From NCBI GenBank assembly GCA_963813335.1, contig CAWEYL010000001.1, positions 448,001-512,000 of the forward strand: DNA of 64,000 bases, read 5' to 3'. Shown here piece after piece: positions 53,149 to 62,487 of the stretch. The notes under the pieces were generated by a model that was given only the letters and a program-made list of their open reading frames with translations, made no database searches and was not told the DNA's origin. How positions within the stretch are numbered: the stretch's first letter is position 1; every line of letters begins with the position of its first letter. Position numbers and translations under genes: made by a program. Origin of the DNA: an uncultured Chloroflexia bacterium (lineage in GTDB: Bacteria > Chloroflexota > Limnocylindria > Limnocylindrales > CSP1-4).

Positions 53149-54690
53149 ATGGCCGTTCTCGAGAAGGAGTTCACGTATGCGCCGCCCGGCATGTCCGGGA
53201 GCCCGGTCCCGCTCAAGGAGCGGTACGACAACTTCATCGGCGGGCGCTGGGTCGCACCCAAGCAGGGCGTCTACCAGGTCGACCTGACCCCGGCGACGGG
53301 GAAGCCGATCACCGAGGTGCCGCGATCGACCGGCGAGGACGTCGAGACCGCTCTCGACGCCGCGCACAAGGCCAGGGTCGCATGGGGCGAGACCTCCACG
53401 ACCGAGCGCTCGCGGGTGCTTAACGAGATCGCCGACGTCATCGACGCGAACAAGGAGATGCTCGCCGTCGCCGAGAGCTGGGAGAACGGCAAGCCGGTCC
53501 GCGAGACCCTCGCCGCCGACATCCCGCTGGCGGCCGACCACTTCCGCTACTTCGCGAGCGTCATCCGCGCCGAGGAGGGGTCGATCTCCGAGATCGACAA
53601 GGACACCATCGCGTACCAGTTCCACGAGCCACTCGGCGTCGTCGGCCAGATCATCCCGTTCAACTTCCCGCTCCTGATGGCGGCGTGGAAGATCGCGCCG
53701 GCGATCGCGGCCGGCAACGTCACGGTGGTCAAGCCGGCCAGCCCGACGCCGTGGTCGATCCTGAAGCTGATGGAGCTCATCGGGCCCATCGTGCCAGCCG
53801 GCGTGATCAACATCGTGAACGGCCCCGGCGCGGAGGTCGGGATGGCCCTCGCGTCGAGCAAGCGCATCGCGAAGGTCGCGTTCACCGGCGAGACGGCGAC
53901 GGGTCGGATGATCATGGGGTACGCCGCCCAGAACCTCATCCCCTCGACCACCGAGCTCGGTGGCAAGTCCCCGAACATCTTCTTCGAGGACGTCATGGCC
54001 GCCGACGACGCGTTCTTCGACAAGGCGATCGAAGGGCTCGTCCTGTACGCCTTCAACAAGGGCGAGGTCTGCACGTGTCCGTCGCGGGCGCTGATCCAGG
54101 CCTCGATCTATGAGCCGTTCATCGAGCGCTGCCTGGGACGCATCGAGAAGATCGTCCAGGGCCACCCGCTCGACATCCACACGACGCTCGGGGCGCAGGT
54201 CTCGGCGGCGCAGCTCGAGAAGATCACGCGCTACGTGAAGATCGGGCTCGACGAGGGCGCTGAGCTCCTCATCGGTGGACATCGGAAGGTGCTCCCCGGC
54301 GAGCTCGCCGAGGGCTACTACTTCGAGCCGACGGTCCTCAAGGGCCACAACAAGATGCGCATCTTCCAGGAGGAGATCTTCGGGCCGGTCCTCGCCGTGA
54401 CGACGTTCAAGGACGAGGCCGAGGCGCTCGAGATCGCCAACGACACGATGTACGGCCTCGGCGCCGGCGTCTGGACCCGCGACGGGAGTCGCGCGTTCCG
54501 GGTCGGCCGGGCCATCAAGGCCGGCCGCGTGTGGACCAACTGCTATCACCTGTATCCCGCGGGCGCCCCGTTCGGCGGCTACAAGTCGTCCGGCGTCGGC
54601 CGCGAGACCCACAAGATGATGCTCGACCACTACACCCAGACCAAGAACCTCCTCGTGAGCTATGACCCCAAGCCCCTTGGGTTCTTCTGA
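53149..54690 (+). CDS. aldB: Aldehyde dehydrogenase (AldB/AcoD type)
   Basis: [36 protein letters not shown]. Confidence 0.92.
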   Translation: MAVLEKEFTYAPPGMSGSPVPLKERYDNFIGGRWVAPKQGVYQVDLTPATGKPITEVPRSTGEDVETALDAAHKARVAWGETSTTERSRVLNEIADVIDANKEMLAVAESWENGKPVRETLAADIPLAADHFRYFASVIRAEEGSISEIDKDTIAYQFHEPLGVVGQIIPFNFPLLMAAWKIAPAIAAGNVTVVKPASPTPWSILKLMELIGPIVPAGVINIVNGPGAEVGMALASSKRIAKVAFTGETATGRMIMGYAAQNLIPSTTELGGKSPNIFFEDVMAADDAFFDKAIEGLVLYAFNKGEVCTCPSRALIQASIYEPFIERCLGRIEKIVQGHPLDIHTTLGAQVSAAQLEKITRYVKIGLDEGAELLIGGHRKVLPGELAEGYYFEPTVLKGHNKMRIFQEEIFGPVLAVTTFKDEAEALEIANDTMYGLGAGVWTRDGSRAFRVGRAIKAGRVWTNCYHLYPAGAPFGGYKSSGVGRETHKMMLDHYTQTKNLLVSYDPKPLGFF

Positions 54691-54706
54691 GGCAGGACCG
54701 AACCCG

Positions 54707-55027
54707 ATGGAGGAAGGCCGGGTCCAGGTGACGCCTGCGGCGCTCGTGGCGATCGAGCGGCTTGCGGCGGAACACGGACCGCTCGTCTTCCTCCAGTCGG
54801 GAGGTTGCTGCGATGGCAGCTCGCCGATCTGCGTCCGCAGCGGTGACCTGCCGATCGGGCCCGGCGACGTCCGCGTGGGCGACGCCGGGCCCGCAGCCTT
54901 CTTCGTCGATGGCGAGCTGGACGAGCGCTGGGGCAGACCCCGGTATGTCGTCGACGTGTCGCCCGGCGCGGGAGACACCTTCTCGCTCGAGGGGCGCGAC
55001 GACCTGCACTTCGTCCTGGCAGGCTGA
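54707..55027 (+). CDS. DUF779 family protein
   Basis: QSGGCCDGSSPIC and FSLE; the usual partner of AldB-type genes. Confidence 0.9.
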   Translation: MEEGRVQVTPAALVAIERLAAEHGPLVFLQSGGCCDGSSPICVRSGDLPIGPGDVRVGDAGPAAFFVDGELDERWGRPRYVVDVSPGAGDTFSLEGRDDLHFVLAG

Positions 55028-55135
55028 GCACCGGCCCGCCGGCGAGACCGGCCGGGACGGCGACCGAGCGCTGGACAAGCGGCCACGACGGCGCGGGAGG
55101 GGGACGCACCGTCGTGGCACCGTGATGGGCGATGG

Positions 55136-55597
55136 TCAGGCGGCGGCTTCCTCGGCCTCCTCGTCGTCGGCGGCGGCGACCGGCTCGCCGTCGGGGATCG
55201 GGTCGTCGGCGCCGGGGCTCTCGCCGAGTGCGTCGGCCTGGGCCGCGAGCGAATCGGCGGCCTGCTGGGCCTCGTAGTCCTTCTTCTTGCGACCGGACAG
55301 CATCTCGACGTGCGAGGCGACGATCTCGGTCTTCCAGTGGCGCTTGCCGGCGTCGTCGTCCCACGACCGGGTCTGGAGGCGGCCCTCGATCGCCACCTGC
55401 TGGCCCTTGCCGAGGTACCGCCCGGCGATCTCGGCGAGGCGGTCCCAGGCGACCACGGCGTGGTACTCCGACTTCTCCTTGCCGGCGCCCAGGAACTCGT
55501 TGCTGGCGACGGTGAAGGTCGTGACGACCTTGCCGCTGGCCAGGCTGCGCATCTCCGGGTCGCGCGTGAGGCGCCCCGTGAGCAGGACCTTGTTCAC
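55136..55597 (-). CDS. ssb: Single-stranded DNA-binding protein with atypical tail
   Basis: NKVLLTGRLTRDPE, KGQQVAIEGRLQTRSW; RBS AGGAG before GTG. Confidence 0.92.
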   Translation of the reverse strand: MNKVLLTGRLTRDPEMRSLASGKVVTTFTVASNEFLGAGKEKSEYHAVVAWDRLAEIAGRYLGKGQQVAIEGRLQTRSWDDDAGKRHWKTEIVASHVEMLSGRKKKDYEAQQAADSLAAQADALGESPGADDPIPDGEPVAAADDEEAEEAAA

Positions 55598-55845
55598 GGT
55601 CCGTTCTCCTTCCCGGTCGGCCGGTCGCACCGGACACGACCCTGCGTCTGCGGGCGGGCAGTCACGGCGGGGCGGAGGGGAGGTCGCCGGCCCCGGCGGC
55701 CGGGCCCATGGCTGACGGCGGATCGGCAGGGCCGGCGGACGACCTGGCGGGCGATGCCTACCCTAGCGGGCGGCCCTTACCGGGCGCGTATCCAGGGTCG
55801 CACGACGGCTCATCGGCCGCCTGGTCCCGAAACTGGCGTGTGCGC

Positions 55846-57030
55846 TCAGGGCGCGATCCGGTCACGCCAGATCGTGTCGCTGCCGAAGTTCGGGACCCAC
55901 AACGAGCCGAATCCGACCGCCGGCCATCCGCCTCCGCCTGCAGCATCCGCCGGGTAGGTGCCGATGATCTTGCCCGTCTTGGGATCGACCCGCGACACGG
56001 CGTCGTCGGCGAGCCGGACCCAGACGCTGCCAAGCCCAGTCGCGGGCCAGACGTCATAGAGCTGGCTGAGACCCTTGAATCCCGGGAGGTCGAACGACGT
56101 CATGGCCCCAGTATTCGGGTCGATCCGGACAAGACGGCCGTCGACATCGCCCTTCAACCAGATGTAGCCAAGGTCGGCCGTCACGCTCGCGTAGGATCCC
56201 GGGTCCGGCACGGTCAGCCGGCTGATCACCTGTCCGGTGCCTGGGTCGATCTTCGCCACCTGACCACCCCAAACGCCCTCGGCGGTTTCGGCGGCAGCCC
56301 AGATCGACCCGGCCGCGCTCACCACCCAACCGACGAAACCGTCAGGGAAGACATCGAAGGTCGCAAGCGTCCGATAGGACGACGGATCGATCTTCATGAG
56401 CTTGCCTGTCTGGTCCGGGATCCACGCTGCGTCGCTGGTGAAGGCCATCGTGCCGCCGAACGCATCGAAGCTGCCGACGACCTGGTTGGAGGCCGGGTCG
56501 ACGGCGATCGTCTTGGTGCTCGAGTCGCACGGCCCCAGCCACACCCGCCCGAACCCGATCTCGGGCTCGCCGCAGGATTCCTGCCCCACGTCGATCGAGG
56601 CGATCACCGTGTCCGTCGTGGGGTCGATCCGAAAGAGCTGCGTCCCGCGGTGTGTCTCCACCCAGACCGAGCCGAATCCGATCGCCGCCACGGAAGGCGC
56701 AAGGCCCCCGTGGCCTCCGTATGTCAGCGGGATCGAGGCAAGGACGCCGCTCGGGAGGGGCGTCGCGCTCGGCGCGGGAGTCGCGCTCGGCGTCAGCGTC
56801 TGGCTCGCGACTCGAGTCGCCTGCGCGACCGCGGTCGCCTGCGACGGCACGGCCGCTGAGGTTGAGCCGGACGCGCTCCTGGACGCGGCCGTCTCTCCGC
56901 AGCCGGTGCTGAAGAGGGCGAGGAGGACGAAGGGCACGATCCGGCGAAACGCCCGGGCAGGCCCGGACGCACGACCCGATCCTGGAGCCCACCTTCGCCG
57001 TTCTCGCTCGCTCGCGATCGGTGACTGCAT
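55846..57030 (-). CDS. Beta-propeller (Vgb/YncE-like) lipoprotein
   Basis: Lipobox LFSTGC, S/T/P linker, repeats of GFGSVWV..RIDP.T. Confidence 0.82.
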   Translation of the reverse strand: MQSPIASERERRRWAPGSGRASGPARAFRRIVPFVLLALFSTGCGETAASRSASGSTSAAVPSQATAVAQATRVASQTLTPSATPAPSATPLPSGVLASIPLTYGGHGGLAPSVAAIGFGSVWVETHRGTQLFRIDPTTDTVIASIDVGQESCGEPEIGFGRVWLGPCDSSTKTIAVDPASNQVVGSFDAFGGTMAFTSDAAWIPDQTGKLMKIDPSSYRTLATFDVFPDGFVGWVVSAAGSIWAAAETAEGVWGGQVAKIDPGTGQVISRLTVPDPGSYASVTADLGYIWLKGDVDGRLVRIDPNTGAMTSFDLPGFKGLSQLYDVWPATGLGSVWVRLADDAVSRVDPKTGKIIGTYPADAAGGGGWPAVGFGSLWVPNFGSDTIWRDRIAP

Positions 57031-57168
57031 CGCGCTGATCCCTCCGCTGGCATCTGTCGAACGCACCGTGCGTCGAATTGATGGGGCGAAGATGGCTCGG
57101 TCCGGTATACGCTCAGGGTACGCGGCGGTATCAACGCCGGGATGTGCCGAGGTCGGACGGTGCGGGAC

Positions 57169-59037
57169 GTGCAGAAGCCTCGCCGCCAACGAGCCGAGCC
57201 GAGCCGTCTCACGATCGGGATCCTCGGGCCGGTAGAAGCGAAGGCCGGCGATCGGTCGATCCCCCTCGGGGGAAGCAAGGCGCGGGCGCTGTTGTCGATC
57301 CTCGTCCTGCACGCCAACGAGGCGGTATCCACCGACCGCCTGATCGAGGATCTCTGGGGCGTCGACACGCCGCCGACGGCGCCCAAGATGCTGCAGGTCC
57401 TGGTGTCGCGCATTCGCCGGGCGCTCGAACCAGACGACGTGCTCGTCACTCGCGCGCCGGGATACGTCCTCCGCGCCGCACCGGACCAGATCGACCTCGG
57501 ACGCTTCGAGGCGCAGGTCGACGCTGCCCGGCGGATGCCGCCGACCGAGCCTGGCCGGGCCGCAGATGCGCTTCGCGAGGCGCTCGGACTCTGGCGTGGG
57601 CCCCCGCTCTCCGACGTGGCTCGGGAGCCGTTCGCGGTCTGGGCCATCCCGCGACTCGAAGAGCTCCGACTGGCGGTGCTCGAGGAGCGTATCGACCTCG
57701 ACCTGCGGGCGGGACGCCACAAGGACCTGGTCGGCGAGCTCCGGGATCTCGTCGCCAGGTTCCCGTTTCGAGAGCGGTTCGCCGGCCAACTGATGGTCGC
57801 GCTCTATCGCACCGGTCGCCAGGCGGAAGCGTTGGACGTCTTCCATCGGATCCGCGCCCAGCTTGCCCACGATCTCGGGATCGAACCCGGTACTGATCTC
57901 CAGCAGTTGCAGATGGCCGTCCTGCGGCAGGATCACATCCTCGACGCGTCCAGTGGGACGGAGCCCGTCACTCCCGATGCAGTGGGTCGTGATCCGGTCG
58001 GCAGCCAGCCTGCCGGGCAGCGATCGACCGTCGTCGATCGATCGGTCCGAGCGAGGACCGCGATCCCTGTCCGCATCGTCGGGCTGGTCGTCCTCGCCGT
58101 GCTGGGCGGCGTGGCACTCGTGGCGGTCCCGGGTCGCCTTGGCATCGCGTCGTCGAAGGTGGGAGCCGGGTCCTCGGTTCCGGTCGCCGTACCCGACTCG
58201 GTTGCCGTCTTCGATCCCGTCAGCCGCGAGCTCGTGGACGACGTTCCCGCCGGTCATGCGCCTGGACCCGTGGCTGCGACCGATAGCGACCTTTGGGTCG
58301 GCAGCGTGGATGACCACACGGTCATGCAGATCGACCTCGCCTCCCGCCGCGTGCTCCACACGAATGGGCTGTCGGCAGCCCCGACGACGCTTGTCGCCGC
58401 CGACGGCAACGTCTGGATCGGCAACGGATTCAGTGGGACCCTCTCGCGCATCCTGACGGCCTACGATCAGCTGTCGGCACCGTTCTTCCCGGACAAGGCG
58501 ATACCGGGGTCGCTCGCGATGGCCGCCGCCCACGGCGATCTGTGGGTCGGGCCAGGCGATCAGACGCTACTCCGGATGGATGCCTCGAGCCTTCAGGTGA
58601 AGTCGACCGTGTCGGTTCCAGATCGCGTCCTGGCGATCGCGACCAGCGATGATGCGGCGTGGACGATCGATTTCCGCGACCGGCTCGTGCGCCGCATCGA
58701 TCGCGCCAGCGGGATGTCGAGCACAGGCCTCCCCGTCGATGGCACGCCGACGGCGATCGCGTTCGGTGCGGGCTCGGTGTGGGTCGCCACGAGCGCTCCG
58801 GACCGGATCTGGCAGATCGACCCGGTCCGCGACGTGGTCCTCGCCTCGTACCCGGTCCAGGTCACACCCGGTGCTCTCGTCGTCGGCCCGGACGACATCC
58901 TGGTGCTCGACAAGGCGCAGGGCGTCGTTGAGCGTCTTGACCCGGCGGGTCGTGCGCTGCCGACGACGGTGACCCTCGGACGGCCCGTTGGCGGAGCCGC
59001 CTTTGCGCAGGGCAAGCTCTGGCTGACGATCCGCTGA
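57169..59037 (+). CDS. SARP (wHTH + BTAD) regulator with TM helix and C-terminal beta-propeller
   Basis: ILGPVE, LIEDLWG, VSRIRR, GY, LWRGPPL, LMVALYRTGRQAEAL, LGIEPG; TM IVGLVVLAVLGGVALV; GSVWV/IDP repeats. Confidence 0.88.
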   Translation: MQKPRRQRAEPSRLTIGILGPVEAKAGDRSIPLGGSKARALLSILVLHANEAVSTDRLIEDLWGVDTPPTAPKMLQVLVSRIRRALEPDDVLVTRAPGYVLRAAPDQIDLGRFEAQVDAARRMPPTEPGRAADALREALGLWRGPPLSDVAREPFAVWAIPRLEELRLAVLEERIDLDLRAGRHKDLVGELRDLVARFPFRERFAGQLMVALYRTGRQAEALDVFHRIRAQLAHDLGIEPGTDLQQLQMAVLRQDHILDASSGTEPVTPDAVGRDPVGSQPAGQRSTVVDRSVRARTAIPVRIVGLVVLAVLGGVALVAVPGRLGIASSKVGAGSSVPVAVPDSVAVFDPVSRELVDDVPAGHAPGPVAATDSDLWVGSVDDHTVMQIDLASRRVLHTNGLSAAPTTLVAADGNVWIGNGFSGTLSRILTAYDQLSAPFFPDKAIPGSLAMAAAHGDLWVGPGDQTLLRMDASSLQVKSTVSVPDRVLAIATSDDAAWTIDFRDRLVRRIDRASGMSSTGLPVDGTPTAIAFGAGSVWVATSAPDRIWQIDPVRDVVLASYPVQVTPGALVVGPDDILVLDKAQGVVERLDPAGRALPTTVTLGRPVGGAAFAQGKLWLTIR

Positions 59038-59059
59038 CGCCCGCCGACTCGTGGATCGG

Positions 59060-60791
59060 TCAGCCCGCGGCGGCCCCGTGCGACGGCGAGTCCTCGTTCG
59101 CGGCCGGCGGGATCGCCGAGGTCGGCGCGCGTGACGGCGTGAGGTCCTCGTCGTCGAGCTCCATCTCGCCGCCGGACCCGGACGCCATGGTGATCGAGTC
59201 CACCGGCGCGGTCGCGATCTTGGGCCGGGCTGTGCGGCGTGCGCCGACTCGGCTGCCGGCGAGCAGGATCGGCGTCAGCTCGGGGCCGGGTGCGCTGGTC
59301 ATCGCGAGGACGGCCGGGTCGGGCTGGGGGGCGTGCTGCGCGTAGAGGTCGCAGAAGAGGCTGACGAGCTCCGGGTCGAACTGGGTCCCGGCGTGCCGCC
59401 GCAGCTCGGCGATCGCCTGGTCGTGGGTCATCGCCCGCTTGTACGGGCGGTCGTGGATCATCGCGTCGTAGGCGTCGGCGATGGCCACGATCCGCGCGCC
59501 CAGCGGGATCTCGTTCGCGCGCAGGCCGTACGGATAGCCGTGGCCGGCGTAGCGCTCGTGGTGGTGGAGGATGATCGGGACGGCATCCTTGAGCGCCGCG
59601 GCCTGCTCGAGGATGACCTGGCCGATGCGCGGATGCTGGACGACCGACCGCCACTCCCCGGTCGAGAGCGCCGACGGCTTCTCGAGGATCTCCTCGGGGA
59701 TGGCGACCTTGCCGACGTCGTGGAGCAGGGCGGCCAGCTGGATCCGGTCGATCTCGCCGTCCGGGAGCTCCAGTTGGCGGCCCATCTCGACCACGATCGA
59801 GGCGATCAGCGCCGACGGCTGGCCGCGGTAGTGGGGCAGCGGGTTGATGTACGACGCGAGCGCCGCGGTCGCGGCCATGCGCGCCTGCCGGCCGATCTCC
59901 ATCGCGCGCAGGCGGCCGGCGTTCGAGATCGGCGCGCGCGGCACGCGGGCGTCGTCGTCGGGCTCGGAGAAGATGTAGGTCTGGTTGCGCCCCAGCGACT
60001 TCGCCGAGTACATGGCGGCATCCGCGTCGCGGACCAGGGTGTCGACGCGGAGCTTCGGCCCGGACCCCCCGGCGATGCCGATCGAGATCGTGACCGACAG
60101 GTCGGCGTTGCCGTCGACCGCGAAGCGCTGGCGCTGCGACGAGCTGGCGCAGCTTCTCGGTGAGGATGGCCCCTTCCTCGACGTCGGTCTCGGTCAGGAT
60201 CAGCATGAATTCCTCGCCGCCATAGCGGCCGATCATGTCGCTCGCCCGCAGGTTGGCCCCGATGGTCTGGGCGACGCCGCGCAGGACGACGTCGCCCGAG
60301 GCGTGGCCGTAGGTGTCGTTGACGGCCTTGAAGTGGTCGATGTCGACGAAGGCGACCGACAGCGGGCGCTCGTAGCGTCCGGCGCGCTCGACCTCGGCGA
60401 AGAGGGCGCCCAGCAGGGCGCTCCGATTGACGACGCCGGTCAGGCGGTCGATCGTCGCCCGGTCGTGGGTCTCCGACAGGGCGGCGGCGACGCCGTTGAC
60501 GGCCCGCCCGAGCCGCCCCTCGAGGCCGTTGCCCCGAGCCGACACGGTGACCGCGTAGTCGCCGGCGGCGATCCGCTCGGCGGCCTTCACGAGACGCCCG
60601 AGCCGGATGCGCATCAAGAGGTACAGCGAGCCCGCCGTGATCGACACGCCGATGGTCGCCGCGGCCACCGCAGCGATCACGGAACGGCTCACGGCATCGA
60701 CCCAGGAGGCCGCGACCTCCGGGACCGCGACGAGGAGGATCCCGAGTGCGACCGGAGCCGCAAGCGCCAGGACCCCAAGCAGGCGCATCAC
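59060..60791 (-). CDS. Membrane HAMP-GGDEF-HD-GYP c-di-GMP enzyme with one +1 frameshift
   Basis: DIDHFKAVNDTYGH, RASD I-site, RYGGEEF; LLHDVGK, HHERY.GHGYP, ADAYDAM. Extra base at 60131-60134. Confidence 0.9.
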
Positions 60792-60969
60792 CTGTCAAAG
60801 GCTAGGGCCGAGGCCCGTTTCGGCGGGGTCACCAGCAGTACCGGTCATGGGTCGCCGGTGGTACCGATGCATCCCCGCACCACCCTCGAACGAGGCACCA
60901 TCGGCCCGCCGTCCGCACGGCTGACGGGCGGTCCGTGGACCACCTCGCTTCGGGCGGCATCGCCGCTGC

Positions 60970-61154
60970 TATACTCGCCCGGTCCTTCCCGTCGGCGGGG
61001 ATCGGCCCGCGAACCAGGAGGTCAGCGATCGCGCTTCACTGGCGCATCGGTCGTCCCGTGAGGCGGCCGGGCGACCGCACGATGGCGACTCGTCGAGCGA
61101 TCGGCGGCGCGACGCGGGAGCAGTCTATCCGGGTCCCGACCAGGGGCCTTTTTT
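60970..61154 (+). ncRNA. Structured RNA or leader upstream of purA, with promoter and terminator
   Basis: TATACT 60970-60975; end-to-end pairing 60981-61148; alternative hairpin GGTCCC-GACCA-GGGGCC followed by T6. Confidence 0.55.
61131..61154 (+). terminator. Intrinsic terminator-like element 24 nt before the purA ATG
   Basis: GGGTCCCGACCAGGGGCC-TTTTTT. Confidence 0.65.
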
Positions 61155-61178
61155 CTTGCCCGGCGATGGTGGCCCCTG

Positions 61179-62487
61179 ATGCCGGCCACGGTGATCGTCG
61201 GACTGCAGTGGGGCGACGAGGGGAAGGGCAAGACCACCGACTTCCTCGCGGAGCAGGTCGCCATGGTCGTCCGCTACCAGGGCGGCGACAACGCCGGGCA
61301 CACGGTCGTCAGCGGCGACGAGGTGCTGAAGCTGCGGCTGACGCCGTCGGGGGTGCTGTACCCGCATATCACCTCGGTCATCGGCAACGGCGTCGTGGTC
61401 AACCCGGTCACCCTGATCGGCGAGTTCGACATGCTCGCGTCGCGCGGCATCGACGTCAGCCGGGTCCGGGTCAGCCGCAGCTCGCACGTGATCATGCCGT
61501 ACCACGTCGCCCTGGACCGGGCGAACGAGGCGCGCCTCGACGGCGCGAAGGTCGGCACGACCGGTCGCGGCATCGGGCCGACCTACGCGGATCGGGCGTG
61601 GCGCCTCGGGCTGCGCATGGAGGACCTGCTCGACGAGGCGGTCCTGCGCGAGCGGATCGGCCGGCTGCTGCCGGACAAGAACGTCCTGCTGCATTCGATG
61701 GGCGCCGAGACGTTCGAGGCCGACGCGCTCGTCGCCGAGGCGCTCGGCTGGGGCGAGCGCCTGCGGGCGCATCTCGACGACACGACGTGGCTGGTCCAGG
61801 CGGCGCTCGCCCGCGGCGAGCACGTCCTGCTCGAGGGGGCGCAGGGCACGCTCCTCGACCTCGACCACGGCAGCTACCCGTTCGTGACGTCGTCGAACCC
61901 GGTCGCCGGCGGGCGCCTGCACGGGCGGCGGGATCGGGCCGCTCCAGGTCGACGAGGTCATCGGCGTCATGAAGGCCTACTCGACGCGGGTCGGCTCGGG
62001 CCCGTACCCGACCGAGCTCCACGACGAGATCGGCGCGGGGATCGCCGACCGCGGCCACGAGTTCGGGACGGTGACCGGACGGCCGCGCCGCGTCGGCTGG
62101 TTCGATGCGGTCCCGCTCCGCTACGCGGTCGCCGTCAACAGCGTCAGCTCGATCATGCTCAACAAGCTCGACATCCTCTCGGGCATCGAGACCATCCGCC
62201 TCTGCGTCGCCTACGAGATCGACGGGAAACGCGTCGAGGTCTGGCCGTCGAGCGGTCGGGCGCTCGCCCGCGCGACCCCGATCTACGAGGAGTTCCCGGG
62301 CTGGGTCGAGCCGATCAACGGCGTCCGCTCGCTGGCGGACCTGCCCGAGAACGCGCGGCGCTACGTGAGCGCCATCGAGGCGCACGCGGGCGTGCCGATC
62401 GTGCTGGTGTCGGTCGGGCCGGAGCGGACCCAGACGATCGAGCGTGCCTGGCGCCCGATGCGCAACCGGACGGGGATCCCCGCGTGA
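61179..62487 (+). CDS. purA: Adenylosuccinate synthetase with one +1 frameshift
   Basis: QWGDEGKGK, GGDNAGHT, GTTGRGIGP, EGAQG; continues in the 61969 frame with EFGTVTGRPRRVGW. Extra base at 61911-61914. Confidence 0.95.

Noticed and set aside
60792-60848. In-frame ATG and TGA upstream of the GGDEF gene as possible selenocysteine read-through
   Set aside because: Non-catalytic N-terminal position and no evident SECIS; a GTG/ATG start follows immediately.
61036-61125. ZTP riboswitch-like words ACTGGCG and GGGAGC before purA
   Set aside because: The GGTGG/CCAC stem and the 3' GCCGnnCGCCTGGGC hairpin are missing.
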